DNA from: Rhodoferax sp.
GTDB lineage: Bacteria; Pseudomonadota; Gammaproteobacteria; Burkholderiales; Burkholderiaceae_C
Direction: 5' to 3'
Assembly (NCBI GenBank): GCA_011391545.1
Contig: JAABQI010000112.1
Span: 357-64,356, forward strand
DNA: 64,000 nt
In this document: one piece after another, positions 19,032-29,403 of the stretch
Layout: each line of letters opens with the position of its first letter
Numbering within the stretch: the first letter of the stretch is position 1
Translations under genes and position numbers: made by a program
The notes under the pieces: model-generated
Seen by the model: only the letters and a program-made list of their open reading frames with translations
Told to the model about the DNA's origin: nothing
The model's database searches: none

Positions 19032-20033
19032 ATGAGGAAGCGGCTTGCAGCGCTAAGCTTGATGCTGACCCTGGGCGCTGCGCTGGCGGCCAGCGTTGCC
19101 AAGGCGGAAAGCGCGCTGCGCCTGTGCCAGGCCTACAGCGGCCGGCCTGCGCCCGCCAATCAGGCCGGCGGTATCCAGCCCGGCATGGTCGCCATGCGCG
19201 GAGGCCGCTTCCTGATGGGCTCCGAGCGCTTCTACCCCGAGGAAAGTCCGCGCCGATCAGTCGAGGTCGCGCCCTTCCACATCCAGCGTCACGAGGTCAC
19301 CAACGCGCAGTTTGCCGCCTTTGCCAACAGCACCGGCTACCGCACCGTGGCCGAGAGGCCGCTCGACTCCAAGCAGTTCCCGCAGCTGGGCGAGGCCCAG
19401 CGCCGGCCCGGCTCGCTGGTGTTCCACGAGCCAACGCAGGTCAAGGGGATGGCCGACATCAGCCAGTGGTGGACCTGGACGCCTGGCGCTTCCTGGCGCG
19501 CGCCCGGCGGTCCGGGCAGCAGCCTGCGCGGCCGCGCGAACCACCCGGTGGTGCACATCGCCTTCGATGATGCAGTCGCCTACGCCCGCTGGGCCGGGCA
19601 GGACCTGCCCACCGAAACCGAATGGGAGTACGCCGCGCGCGGCGGCCTCGAAGATGCCGACTACACCTGGGGCGACGACAAGAACCGCCGCGACGACAAG
19701 GGAAAACCGATGGCCAACCACTGGCAGGGCCCGTTCCCGCTGAAGGACATGGCCGAGGACGGCCATCACGGGACCGCGCCGGTGGGGTGCTTCCCGGCCA
19801 ACGGCTACGGCCTGTTCGACATGGCCGGCAACGCCTGGGAGCTGACCAAGGACGATTACCTCGACCCGCGCAACCCCTATGGCGGCATGAAGGTCGCCAA
19901 AGGCGGCAGCTTCCTCTGCTCCGACGATTTCTGCGGTCGCTACCGGCCCGCGGCGCGCACGCCGCATGGCATTGACACCGGCATGCAGCACGTGGGGTTT
20001 CGCACCGTGTGGCGCGCGCCCGCCCGCCCCTGA
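19032..20033 (+). CDS. Formylglycine-generating enzyme (SUMF1/FGE) family protein with signal peptide
   Basis: HEVTNAQF, LPTETEWEYAARGG, NGYGLFDMAGN.WE, KGGSFLCSDDFCGRYRPAAR. Confidence 0.9.
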   Translation: MRKRLAALSLMLTLGAALAASVAKAESALRLCQAYSGRPAPANQAGGIQPGMVAMRGGRFLMGSERFYPEESPRRSVEVAPFHIQRHEVTNAQFAAFANSTGYRTVAERPLDSKQFPQLGEAQRRPGSLVFHEPTQVKGMADISQWWTWTPGASWRAPGGPGSSLRGRANHPVVHIAFDDAVAYARWAGQDLPTETEWEYAARGGLEDADYTWGDDKNRRDDKGKPMANHWQGPFPLKDMAEDGHHGTAPVGCFPANGYGLFDMAGNAWELTKDDYLDPRNPYGGMKVAKGGSFLCSDDFCGRYRPAARTPHGIDTGMQHVGFRTVWRAPARP

Positions 20034-20046
20034 ACGACGCTACGGC

Positions 20047-21711
20047 TCAAGCTGCGGGCTTGAGCAGCCGCGCTGCGGCCAGCGCAACCAGCTCGCGCTT
20101 GAGCACCTTGTTCGAGGCGTTAAGCGGAAAGTTGTCGCACCACAGCACGTGGCGTGGCACCTTGTAGTTCGCCATGTGTTCGCGCGCCCAGGCCACCAGC
20201 GCTTCAGCGCTCAGCTCGGCGCCCGCACGAAGCACCACGCAGGCGCAGCCGACCTCGCCCATGCGCGCGTCGGGCAGGCCGACCACCGCCACCTGGGCAA
20301 TCGCCGGATGGTCGGCCAGCAGGCGCTCGATCTCGGCCGGGTAACAATTGAAGCCGCCCATGATGAACATGTCTTTGAGGCGGTCGGTGATGCGCAGGTA
20401 GCCGCGCTCGTCGAGCACACCAACATCGCCGGTGTGTAACCAGCCTTCGGCGTCAATGGCCTCGCGCGTGGCCGCCTCGTCGCCAAAATAGCCTTGCATC
20501 ACGTGGTAGCCGCGCAACAGCACCTCACCGGGCTGGCCGGTGGGAACGCTCATGCCCTGAGCGTCCACGCAGCGCACCTCGGTGCCCGGGATGGCGCGGC
20601 CGCAGGTGCCGGCCACGGTCTCAGCGCTGTCTCCGGGGTCGCAAATGGTGGCGCAGCCGCCGCATTCGGTCAGGCCGTAGGCGGTCGTGACGTTGGCAAT
20701 GCCGAGCTCGTCGCGCATGCGGGTGATCAGCACCGGCGGCACGTTGGCTGACCCGGTGACCGCGACGCGCAGCGATGAAATGTCGAAGTCCTTGAGGCGC
20801 GGATGCGCCAGCATGGTCAGGAACAGCGTCGGCGGACCCGGCAAAAAACTGATGCGATCATGGGCGATGCGCGCCAGCACCGCGTCGGCGTCGAACACCT
20901 GCTCGGGGTAAACCGTGGCGCCCTGGATGAAGGCGGCGACCCAACCCGCCTTGTAGCCAAAGGCATGAAAGAAGGGGTTGACGATCAGGTAACGGTCGCC
21001 CGGCCGCAGCCCGACCACCCGGCCCCAGGCACTGAAGGCGCGAATGGTGGGGCCATGCGCCGACATCACGCCCTTGGGTCGTCCGGTGGTGCCCGAGGTA
21101 AACATCAGGTCGGCGGTACTGTCGGCCGTGAGGGCCTGCTCGCGCGTGCGCACCTGCGCTGGCGCAGTGACGCGGCCCTGGCCCAGGAAGTCGCTCCAGC
21201 CCATGTCGCCCGACAGCGCCGGGTCGGCCTTGAAGCCCTCGCGCAGAACCACGACATGCTGCAAGGTCGCCGGGCGCTGGCCGTCCAGCAGCGCCGGGTA
21301 ATACTGGCCCAGGAAGTCGCCGATGCAGAACATCAGCCTGGCGCCACTGCGCTCCAGGATGTCGGCCGCCTCAGCGCCCTTCATGCGGGTGTTCAGCGGG
21401 ACCAGCACCGCGCCGGCGGCGTGAATGCCGCAAGCCGCCAGAATCCACTCGTGCATGTTCGGCGCCCAGACTGCCACGCGGTCGCCCGCCGCCACGCCAA
21501 GCGCGATCAGCGAGGCCGCCACCGCCTGGCTTCGCACCAGCAGGTCGGCATAGCTGATCGTCACCGCGCCGTCGATGACGGCGGCGCGTTCAGGGAAATC
21601 GGCCGCCGCCTGGCGGATCAGCGCTGGCAGGGTCGCCGGCAGGTTGGCCGGAGGCACCCAGGCGGACGCGTCAGGAAGGGCGCTGTCGGGCGCCTGGTAG
21701 TTCTGTGTCAT
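20047..21711 (-). CDS. scdA: HIP-CoA ligase (FadD3 family)
   Basis: [30 protein letters not shown]; synteny with kshB-like/tesI/tesH. Confidence 0.8.
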   Translation of the reverse strand: MTQNYQAPDSALPDASAWVPPANLPATLPALIRQAAADFPERAAVIDGAVTISYADLLVRSQAVAASLIALGVAAGDRVAVWAPNMHEWILAACGIHAAGAVLVPLNTRMKGAEAADILERSGARLMFCIGDFLGQYYPALLDGQRPATLQHVVVLREGFKADPALSGDMGWSDFLGQGRVTAPAQVRTREQALTADSTADLMFTSGTTGRPKGVMSAHGPTIRAFSAWGRVVGLRPGDRYLIVNPFFHAFGYKAGWVAAFIQGATVYPEQVFDADAVLARIAHDRISFLPGPPTLFLTMLAHPRLKDFDISSLRVAVTGSANVPPVLITRMRDELGIANVTTAYGLTECGGCATICDPGDSAETVAGTCGRAIPGTEVRCVDAQGMSVPTGQPGEVLLRGYHVMQGYFGDEAATREAIDAEGWLHTGDVGVLDERGYLRITDRLKDMFIMGGFNCYPAEIERLLADHPAIAQVAVVGLPDARMGEVGCACVVLRAGAELSAEALVAWAREHMANYKVPRHVLWCDNFPLNASNKVLKRELVALAAARLLKPAA

Positions 21712-21716
21712 GGGGT

Positions 21717-22763
21717 CTACTCCGGAAATTTGATGCGCAGGTGCACGCTGGTCGGCACGGCCTGGCAGGCCAGCGTCCAGGCTTTGGCCAGGTCTTTCTT
21801 GTCGAGCACGTCGTTGTGGCGCAAATGGACGCTGCCTTCGATGACCTGGCACATGCAGGAGGCGCACATGCCGGCCTGGCAGGAATAGGGGGCTTTTAGG
21901 CCAGCGCGCAGCGCGGCCTCCAGCAGGGTTTCGGTGCCGCCGCAGCGCAGGGCATGCAGCTCACCGTCCAGCAGGACTTCGAGTTCGGCTTCGTCCACCG
22001 CGCCGGGCAGTGGCGGTGCCGCCTGGGCCGCGGCGCTGGCAGCGGCCTGGGTCTCCTCGTCGGGCAGCGAGGCGAAGCGCTCGACGTGAATTTTCTCGGG
22101 CGCCATTTCAAGCGCCTGCAACGCCGCCACAGCGGCATCCATAAACGGGCCCGGGCCGCAGATGAAAGCCTGCGCCATGCGCTGGGTCCGGGCCAGCTCG
22201 GCCAGCTGCGCCACCGAGGGAACACCCTGCACGGAATCGAGCCAATGAATCACCTGCAGGCGGGCGGGGTGGGCGCCCGCGAGAGCCTCGAGTTCGTCGC
22301 GAAAGATCACCGATTTTTCGTCGCGGTTGGCGTACAACAGCGTGATGCGGCCCTGCCCCCTGGCCAGCACCGAGCGCAAAATGGCAAATACCGGCGTGAT
22401 ACCACTGCCCCCGGCGAGCAACAGGAAGTCGCCGTCGAGCGTGCGCGGCGTGAACACGCCAGCGGGTGCCAGCACCTCGATGAGGTCGCCGGCCTTGACA
22501 TGGTCGCAGACCCAATTCGAGCCCCGGCCGTCGCGCACGCGCTTGATGGTCACGCGCGGCGCTTCATCAACGCCGGGCGCGCTGGACATCGAGTAGCAGC
22601 GCGGCACATGGCGGCCGTCAATGTTCAGACGCAGTGTCAGAAACTGACCGGGCTGGTAACGAAAGGCCTCGACCAGCGCCGGCGGCACCTCGAACACCAG
22701 CGATTTGGAGTCATGCGTCTCGTCGACGACCGCGCTCACGCGCAGCGCCTGGTAGCGGCTCAC
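21717..22763 (-). CDS. kshB: 3-ketosteroid 9alpha-hydroxylase reductase (FAD/NAD domains plus 2Fe-2S)
   Basis: [35 protein letters not shown]; GTG start overlaps upstream stop. Confidence 0.85.
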   Translation of the reverse strand: MSRYQALRVSAVVDETHDSKSLVFEVPPALVEAFRYQPGQFLTLRLNIDGRHVPRCYSMSSAPGVDEAPRVTIKRVRDGRGSNWVCDHVKAGDLIEVLAPAGVFTPRTLDGDFLLLAGGSGITPVFAILRSVLARGQGRITLLYANRDEKSVIFRDELEALAGAHPARLQVIHWLDSVQGVPSVAQLAELARTQRMAQAFICGPGPFMDAAVAALQALEMAPEKIHVERFASLPDEETQAAASAAAQAAPPLPGAVDEAELEVLLDGELHALRCGGTETLLEAALRAGLKAPYSCQAGMCASCMCQVIEGSVHLRHNDVLDKKDLAKAWTLACQAVPTSVHLRIKFPE

Positions 22764-23518
22764 AGCCCCATGCCCAGAATGGCGCTGTCGGCGCGGATCT
22801 CGGCGCCACTGATAGCCTGCGAATCGTCGGAGGCCAGGAACAGCAGCACTTTGGCTATGTGCTCTGGCAGGCAGGCGCGCCCCTTGGGGTTGGTCTTGGG
22901 GTCGAACAGCAGATAGTGCGCCGGCACGCCAGGCGCCGAGGCCTGCATCATGGGCGTGTAGATGCCGTCCGGGTGCAGCGAGTTCACGCGCACGGCATGG
23001 CCGTTCTTGCGGCAATACAGCGCGGCGGCGCGGGTCAGCGCGGCCACCGCCGCCTTGCTGGCGCTGTAGCCGGCATAGTTTTCGATCGGCAGCCAGGACG
23101 AGACCGAGGCCATGTTGACGATGCTGCCGCCGCGCTCCTTCATGGCTGCCACGCCTTGCTGGCATCCGATGAAGCAGGAGTCGGCGTTGACCTGCATGAG
23201 CTGGCGGAATTGCGCCAGCGTGCCAGACTCGATGCTGCCCGGAATCAGGATGCCGGCGTTGTTGATCAGGATGTCCAACGGCCCAAAACGCTGCTGAACC
23301 GCCTGCAGCGCCTCGCGCCAGTCACTCTCGCTGGCAACATCGTGGCGCACGAACATGGCGCGCGCGCCACAGGCTTCAGCCAGAGCCTGACCGGCCTCGG
23401 CATTGATGTCGCTGATCGCGACGAAGGCGCCCTCTTCCAGCAAGAGCTGCGCCGTGGCCCTGCCCACGCCGCTGGCGCCGCCGGTGACCAGCGCCACTTT
23501 GTCCTGTACACGTCCCAT
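22760..23518 (-). CDS. 3beta/17beta-hydroxysteroid dehydrogenase
   Basis: Close match to recalled C. testosteroni 3beta/17beta-HSD (ASVSSWLPIE.YAGYSASKAAV, HPDGIYTPMMQAS, ILGMGL). Confidence 0.88.
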   Translation of the reverse strand: MGRVQDKVALVTGGASGVGRATAQLLLEEGAFVAISDINAEAGQALAEACGARAMFVRHDVASESDWREALQAVQQRFGPLDILINNAGILIPGSIESGTLAQFRQLMQVNADSCFIGCQQGVAAMKERGGSIVNMASVSSWLPIENYAGYSASKAAVAALTRAAALYCRKNGHAVRVNSLHPDGIYTPMMQASAPGVPAHYLLFDPKTNPKGRACLPEHIAKVLLFLASDDSQAISGAEIRADSAILGMGL

Positions 23519-23530
23519 CTCAGTTCCCTT

Positions 23531-25204
23531 TCATGATGCGGCGGCAGCGCGGCCGGCGCGTCGCCCGGAAAACACACAATCGGCCAGCGACAGCCCGCTG
23601 ACATAGCGCGAGGAAGGCAGACCGACGGCGCTGCGGCCAGCGGCAAACAGGCCGGCAATGGGCCGGCCGGCGGTGTCGAGCACCTGGCCGTTGCTTTCGT
23701 CGAGCAGCAAGCCGCCCAGCGTCAGCGTGGCAAGCGGAAAAGTGGGCGAGCCGATGGAGATGTCGAGCGCGTAGAAAGGGCCGTGCGCCATCTCGTGGCG
23801 CATGTCGGGCGACTTGCCAAATGCGTCATCACACTCGCCGCGCGCCGCCGCATTGGCCGCCTCGAGGCTCGCGCGCAACTTGGCCGGGTCGGCTATCAGG
23901 CGCGCTGCCAGCGCCTCGGGCGTGGCCGCCTTCTTGGCGCTCAGCAGCAGCATGGCCAGCGCCGGCAGCGACTGGAAGGCCCACAGGCCGCCAAACAGAC
24001 ATTGGCGAATCGCCTGCGCGCGCAGCTTGGCATCGATCACGAGCCAGCCGCGACCGCCCTGGTGGTCCACCAGTTCGTGCCCCAGCTTGGCGCCATAGAC
24101 CTGCTCGTTGCAAAAGCGCTCGCCCTCGGTGTTCACCACGATGCCCTTGGGCCAGGCCGAGGGCGGCGTGATGAAGCGCCAGGCCGAGATGTTGTCCAGT
24201 GCCTGGACTGCTGCGCCCACGCTTTGACCCAAGCGCAGTCCGCTGCCATCGCAGCCGGCTCCGCCCACCGGCCAGCCGCGCTTGGCATGCGCCGCGTGCT
24301 CGGCCATCAGTTCGGGGTTGTAGATGAAGCCGCCAGTGGACAACACCACGCCCTGTTTGGCGCGAATGAAGCGCGGCTGCGCGGCGCTCTGCTCTATCAG
24401 CGCAGCTTCGCGCCGGCAGGCAGCCGCCTTGCCAGGACGAAAGGTGCGCCAGCGTGCGACTTGGCGGTGCAGCTCGGCATGACGCAGGGTCGCGTGAGCG
24501 CCGGCTGGCAGTTGCCAGACCTCGACGCCCAACACCGGGCCGGGCTGGCCGTCGGCGCCGCGCTGGCGCACCAGCCGATGCACAGCGGCCTGGGTGATGG
24601 GCACCGCGCCGGCGCGCAGCGTGGCGGCGCGCAGCTCGGCATACAGCACCTTGCCCGACTGGCCCTTGGCCACCACGCGGTGACCGCGCGGGGCAGGCGC
24701 GCCGCGCTCGCCGCGGCAAGCCGGCACCACCTCGTTGCCCGAGAAATAAAGGAACTTGCCCTCGGGCGGATAAGACGTCTTGTGGTCAGGCATGGTGGCG
24801 GAAAAGCGCGCGCCCTGGGCTTCGAGCCAGGCCAGGTTGGAAGCGCTGTCGTCGCAGAATTTTTTCAGCGTGGCATCGCAGACCACCCCGTTGACCTCGT
24901 GGCGCAAATAGTCGGCCATGGCCTCGGGCGTGTCGTCAAAGCCGGCCTGGCGCTGGTAGGGCGTACCGCCGCCGGCGTAGACCACGCCGCCCGACAGCGC
25001 GCTGGCGCCACCACCCTCAAAGCGGTCGATGACGAGAACCGAGGCGCCCGCCGCCCGCGCCTCAATCGCAGCGCAGGCGCCGGCCGCGCCCCAGCCCACC
25101 ACGATCACGTCGGCACTGTCGCTCCAGGCCACCGCAGCCGCATCATCGACCTCGAGCGCCGGGGCAATCGGCGTGACGGTGGAGGTTCGCTCGCGCCGGC
25201 TCAT
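23531..25204 (-). CDS. tesI: 3-ketosteroid Delta4(5alpha)-dehydrogenase
   Basis: FAD-binding GWGAAG, SGGVVYAGGGT, YVSGLSLADCVFSGR. Confidence 0.85.
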   Translation of the reverse strand: MSRRERTSTVTPIAPALEVDDAAAVAWSDSADVIVVGWGAAGACAAIEARAAGASVLVIDRFEGGGASALSGGVVYAGGGTPYQRQAGFDDTPEAMADYLRHEVNGVVCDATLKKFCDDSASNLAWLEAQGARFSATMPDHKTSYPPEGKFLYFSGNEVVPACRGERGAPAPRGHRVVAKGQSGKVLYAELRAATLRAGAVPITQAAVHRLVRQRGADGQPGPVLGVEVWQLPAGAHATLRHAELHRQVARWRTFRPGKAAACRREAALIEQSAAQPRFIRAKQGVVLSTGGFIYNPELMAEHAAHAKRGWPVGGAGCDGSGLRLGQSVGAAVQALDNISAWRFITPPSAWPKGIVVNTEGERFCNEQVYGAKLGHELVDHQGGRGWLVIDAKLRAQAIRQCLFGGLWAFQSLPALAMLLLSAKKAATPEALAARLIADPAKLRASLEAANAAARGECDDAFGKSPDMRHEMAHGPFYALDISIGSPTFPLATLTLGGLLLDESNGQVLDTAGRPIAGLFAAGRSAVGLPSSRYVSGLSLADCVFSGRRAGRAAAAS

Positions 25205-26961
25205 GTCGCGCGCTCCAGCAGGTCGGTGCGCTCAAGTGGCAGCGGCTGGCCCTTAATGGCGGCAATGGCGCGGTAGGCGAAAGTCATGGCCGGGCCGAGG
25301 GTCGACCCGGCGCCAGGATAGGCCGGGCCCATCACCGAGGCCGCGTTGTTGCCCACGCAGTACAGGCCTTGCACCACCGCGCCGGCATCGTCGAGCACAC
25401 GCGCGTCGCGGTCGGTCAGGAGGCCGCCCTTGGTGCCGATGTCGCCGGGGTGTAGTTTCATGGCGTAGAACGGTCCCTTGGCAATGGGCGCCAGGTTGGG
25501 ATTGGGCTTGACGTGGGCGTCGCCGTAATAACGGTCGAACACGTTGCCGCCGCGGTCAAATTCCAGGTCCTTGCCGGTGCGGGCAAATTCGGTCATGCGC
25601 GCGGCACTGGCCACCAGGCCGGCCGCGTCAACGCCGATCTGGGCGGCCAGCGCTTCCAGCGTCTCGCCTTTCCAGTAGACGGTGTTGAGCCAGCTCTTGC
25701 GCAGCCGGCTGTCGGGCACAGCGGCGCCCGGCATCAGCGGGCCGATCGGGTAATTGGCGCGAAAGCCAGCATCAAAAACAATCCAGGCGGGAATGGTGCC
25801 GCCAGTCCTGGCATGGTCGGCGAACATGGCCTGCTGGAATTCGGGGTAAGGGCCAGATTCGTTGAGGAAACGCTCACCGCGTGCATTGACCACCATGCAA
25901 CCCGGCAGCGAGCGCTCGACGAACATCGGCCGGAATTTCTCTTCCTTGGGCACTTCCATGGTGGGCACACCCCAGGTGTGGGCCATCAGGTGCAACTGGC
26001 CGCCCACCGCGGCGCCAGCGCGGATGGTGTCGCCGGTATTGGCGCCCGGCGGGGTGGCGGTCCAGCCCTGCTCGGTGGGTTGGGGCAGGTACTGCTCACG
26101 CATGGCCTGATTACGCTCGAAGCCGCCCGCGCCCAGGATCACCGCCTGATGCGCCTGCAGTTGCAGCGCCTGGCCGTTCTTTTGCACCACGACGCCGGCG
26201 ACGCGGCCATTTTCGGTGACCAGCGAGGTCAGCGGGGTGTCCAGCCACAGCGGGATCTGGCGCTGGCGCAATGCCGTCAGCAGGCCCCCGATCAGGGCCT
26301 GGCCGCCGGTCAGGCGGCGGTCGCGCCGGGTCTTGTTGCGCCAGGGGTAGTCAAGGAAGTAACGGCCCATGATCCACATCAGCATCCACTTGGACTTGCG
26401 CTCGCGCGCCAGCATCGATTTGGCCTGAAAGGCATTGATGTTCATGCGTCCAAAAATCAGCTGCCCCGGATTGGTGGGCCGCATCAGGTTCAGGCCTTCC
26501 AGACCGAGCCGGGCGCCATTGAAGTCCACCGGGTCCATGGTGCGGCCCCCGGGCAAGGCGCCATCCATCGTCGGGTAATAGTCGGAGTAGTGCGGCATGC
26601 AGCGGTAGGGAATACCGATCTGCGCGAGGTAACGCGCCATGTGGCGCGCCGTCTCGACATAGGCCAGCACGCGATCATCGCTGGCCAGGCCCTTGGCGCA
26701 GGCCTTGACGTAGCCAAAGGCCACGTCGATGCTGTCGCGCAGCCCCGCTTTGGGCATGTCGTGGTTGTCAGGAATCCAGATGCCACCACCCGAGATGGCC
26801 GAGGTGCCGCCGACCAGCGCGGTCTTCTCGACCACCAAAGTCCTGAGCCCCTCGTCGCTGGCACGGATCGCCGCCAACAGGGCTCCAGCGCCCGAACCGA
26901 CCACGATTACATCGAACTGCTGGTCCGCCTGCTGAGGCTTCACGCTATTTGCGGTAGTCAT
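25201..26961 (-). CDS. tesH: 3-ketosteroid Delta1-dehydrogenase (KstD)
   Basis: GSGAG, GGTSAISGGGIW, GDIGTKGG, YPGAGSTLG. Confidence 0.9.
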   Translation of the reverse strand: MTTANSVKPQQADQQFDVIVVGSGAGALLAAIRASDEGLRTLVVEKTALVGGTSAISGGGIWIPDNHDMPKAGLRDSIDVAFGYVKACAKGLASDDRVLAYVETARHMARYLAQIGIPYRCMPHYSDYYPTMDGALPGGRTMDPVDFNGARLGLEGLNLMRPTNPGQLIFGRMNINAFQAKSMLARERKSKWMLMWIMGRYFLDYPWRNKTRRDRRLTGGQALIGGLLTALRQRQIPLWLDTPLTSLVTENGRVAGVVVQKNGQALQLQAHQAVILGAGGFERNQAMREQYLPQPTEQGWTATPPGANTGDTIRAGAAVGGQLHLMAHTWGVPTMEVPKEEKFRPMFVERSLPGCMVVNARGERFLNESGPYPEFQQAMFADHARTGGTIPAWIVFDAGFRANYPIGPLMPGAAVPDSRLRKSWLNTVYWKGETLEALAAQIGVDAAGLVASAARMTEFARTGKDLEFDRGGNVFDRYYGDAHVKPNPNLAPIAKGPFYAMKLHPGDIGTKGGLLTDRDARVLDDAGAVVQGLYCVGNNAASVMGPAYPGAGSTLGPAMTFAYRAIAAIKGQPLPLERTDLLERAT

Positions 26962-26973
26962 TCTTTTGGCCGC

Positions 26974-28170
26974 TCAGACGAAGGCGTCCGCGTTGGGCAG
27001 GCCCAGCATGACGGCGCCGTGGCTTCGGGCGTAAGTGTCGGTGTTGTTGGCAATATGGCCACGCGCCACATGCAAGTCACGGAAGGTGCGCTCGATCGGA
27101 TTCGTCTTGAAAACGCCTCCAGCGGCGCAAGCGCGCATGATCTCATTGACCACCTCGGCGCACAACTTGGGCACCTGGGCCGACTGGGCGCGCTGCATCA
27201 GGCGCTCCTCGACGGGCATCTTTTCCCTGCTTTTGGCGCAATCAACAATGCGCGCGTAGTTCCGAAAAAGCACCAGCTTTAGCTGGTCGGTGGTCATCAT
27301 GGCCTCGCTCACCGCCAACTGGGCGTTCACGTCCTCGGCGGTCTTGGCGCCATGCTTGCCGACAAAACTGGCCGCGCGCTGGCGGAAGCTGGCCACCGCG
27401 CCATCGGTAGCGCCAATGCAGGCCGACGACACCGCGCGCTGGAACACCTGGGTGAAGGGAATGCGATAGAGCCAGCCAGGGTTGCCAACGCGGCCAGGGC
27501 ATCCCGCGTCGCTGTGGTCATTGGTGCGATGGGTCCGGTGTGCCGGGACAAACGCATTGTTGACCACGATGTCGTGGCTACCGGTGGCGCGCAGGCCGAG
27601 CACGTCGAAGTTTTTCACAATCTCGAAATCGGCCTTGGGCAGCAGGAAGGTGCAGTGCTCGATCTCGCCCGAGCCATCCTTCTTGGGCAGCAGGCCGCCC
27701 AACAGGATCCATTTGCAATGCTCGACACCACTGCTCCAGCTCCAGCGGCCGCTGAAACGAAAGCCCCCCTCCACCGGCTCGGCCTTGCCGACCGGCATGT
27801 AGGTTGAGGCGGTGAGCGTCGTCGGGTCCTCGCCCCAGACATCAACCTGGGCCTGCTCGGGAAACAGCGGCAGCTGCCAGTTGTGCACGCCCACGACGCC
27901 ATAGATCCAGGCGGTGGCCATGCAGCCTTCAGCGATTGCCATCTGCACCGAATAAAAGACCCGCGGGTCCATCTCATAGCCGCCCCAGCGCTTGGGCTGC
28001 AGTACCTTGAAAAAGCCAGCCTCTTGCATCTCATCGATAGTCTCGCGAGGCACCAAGCCGGCATCTTCGGCCGCACGGGCGCGTTCGGCAAGGCGCGGCG
28101 CCATGGCGCGGGCGCGGGCAATCAGCGCAAGCGCCTCGGGGGTCAAATAGTCTTCGTTCAAGGTAACCAT
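26974..28170 (-). CDS. tesA2: 3-HSA 4-hydroxylase oxygenase (HsaA-like flavin-dependent monooxygenase)
   Basis: ACAD-fold monooxygenase: QPKRWGG, WSWSSG, GLRATGS, FRDLH..H. Confidence 0.85.
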   Translation of the reverse strand: MVTLNEDYLTPEALALIARARAMAPRLAERARAAEDAGLVPRETIDEMQEAGFFKVLQPKRWGGYEMDPRVFYSVQMAIAEGCMATAWIYGVVGVHNWQLPLFPEQAQVDVWGEDPTTLTASTYMPVGKAEPVEGGFRFSGRWSWSSGVEHCKWILLGGLLPKKDGSGEIEHCTFLLPKADFEIVKNFDVLGLRATGSHDIVVNNAFVPAHRTHRTNDHSDAGCPGRVGNPGWLYRIPFTQVFQRAVSSACIGATDGAVASFRQRAASFVGKHGAKTAEDVNAQLAVSEAMMTTDQLKLVLFRNYARIVDCAKSREKMPVEERLMQRAQSAQVPKLCAEVVNEIMRACAAGGVFKTNPIERTFRDLHVARGHIANNTDTYARSHGAVMLGLPNADAFV

Positions 28171-28273
28171 GGTGTGTCTCCGGAAGGGCCTGTGCGGCGC
28201 ATGGGGTTAAAAGCAAAATGGCAAGGGAAATATTTCGTGATGCCAGATATTCCCACCCGGCGCCACCGCGCTC

Positions 28274-28291
28274 ATCGTCCAATCAGACTAA
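28274..28291 (-). promoter_or_regulatory. Putative LuxR/TesR box for the tesA2-tesH-tesI operon
   Basis: ATCGTCCAATCAGACTAA; 21 nt to GAATAT. Confidence 0.72.
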
Positions 28292-28312
28292 AACACCGCC
28301 GGTCCGCACCAC

Positions 28313-28330
28313 CTAGTCCGTCTGAGGGAT
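28313..28330 (+). promoter_or_regulatory. Degenerate LuxR/TesR box for the tesA1-tesDEFG operon
   Basis: CTAGTCCGTCTGAGGGAT; 21 nt to CAAGCT. Confidence 0.5.
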
Positions 28331-28381
28331 TCGATGGGGGACGGCACCCGGCAAGCTTGCGTCCCTGCATCAGGAGACCCC

Positions 28382-29377
28382 ATGGACCAACTCGACCCGC
28401 CCTTTGACCCCAAGGACTTTCGCCGCGCGCTCGGCATGTTTGCCACGGGCGTCACCATCGTCACCGCCTGCGCTGAGGATGGCACGCCGGTGGGCATCAC
28501 CGCCAACAGTTTCAACTCGGTGTCGCTGGAGCCGCCCATGGTGCTCTGGAGCCTGGCCAACAATGCGCGCAGCCTGCCCGTCTTCAGCGCCACCAAACAC
28601 TGGAATGTGCACATCCTGTCGAACGAGCAGGAGGCCCTGTCGAACCGCTTCGCGCGCACCGGCGAGGACAAGTTCGCCGGCCTGGCGCTGGACAAGTCGG
28701 TCAACAGCGCGCCATTGCTGCCCGGATGCAGCGCCCGCTTTCAGTGCCGCACCGCGTTCCAGTACGAGGGTGGCGACCACACCATCTTTGTCGGCGAGGT
28801 GGTGCAATACGACAGCTGCGCGCTTCCCCCCCTGCTCTACGTCACCGGGGGCTATGCGCTGGCCGCGCGCAAGGCGGGGCCGGTGTCCACCGAGCCGCTG
28901 GCCAACATGGACGGCGCCTCCTACTCGGAAAACCTGCTGGGTTACCTTTTTGGCCGCGCCCACTTCCAGTTTGTCCATGGCCTGCGCGACACGCTGCAGC
29001 AGCGCCAGCTCTCCGACACCGACTTTTTCGTGCTCTCACTGCTGAGCGTGCGCCAGCCGCTGGCCAGCGCGGAGATCGCGGCTCACATCGCCTACACCGG
29101 CGTTGACCTGGGCGCTGGCGCGCTGCAATCGATGGTGCGTCGCGGTCTGCTGCTCGAGCAAGCCGGCACCGAGACCGGCCTGCGCCTGAGCCCGGCCGGA
29201 AGCGACGCCATCCTGCACGTGCTGGCCGCCGCCAAGGCCGTCGAGGCCGACCTGGTTAACCGCATGGGCGAGCTCGAATCAGCGGCGCTGCGCAACCTGC
29301 TCAAGCAGGCCATCCTGGCCACTGACCCGGGCCTGCCCAAACTCTGGCAGTCGGCGGCAGCGCCACACCAAGCCTGA
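28382..29377 (+). CDS. tesA1: Flavin reductase with C-terminal MarR-like winged-helix domain
   Basis: FRRALGMFATGVT, SFNSVSLEPP, GGDH; about 140-aa C-terminal extension with wHTH-like pattern. Confidence 0.82.
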   Translation: MDQLDPPFDPKDFRRALGMFATGVTIVTACAEDGTPVGITANSFNSVSLEPPMVLWSLANNARSLPVFSATKHWNVHILSNEQEALSNRFARTGEDKFAGLALDKSVNSAPLLPGCSARFQCRTAFQYEGGDHTIFVGEVVQYDSCALPPLLYVTGGYALAARKAGPVSTEPLANMDGASYSENLLGYLFGRAHFQFVHGLRDTLQQRQLSDTDFFVLSLLSVRQPLASAEIAAHIAYTGVDLGAGALQSMVRRGLLLEQAGTETGLRLSPAGSDAILHVLAAAKAVEADLVNRMGELESAALRNLLKQAILATDPGLPKLWQSAAAPHQA

Positions 29378-29403
29378 TTTTTCCCATCTTTACCCCTACC
29401 CCC

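Noticed and set aside
25513-27282. Long antisense ORFs (589 aa here; also 52853-54688, 51139-52782, 23783-25276 and others)
   Set aside because: They lie opposite well-supported genes, carry no motifs, and are expected from high-GC codon bias
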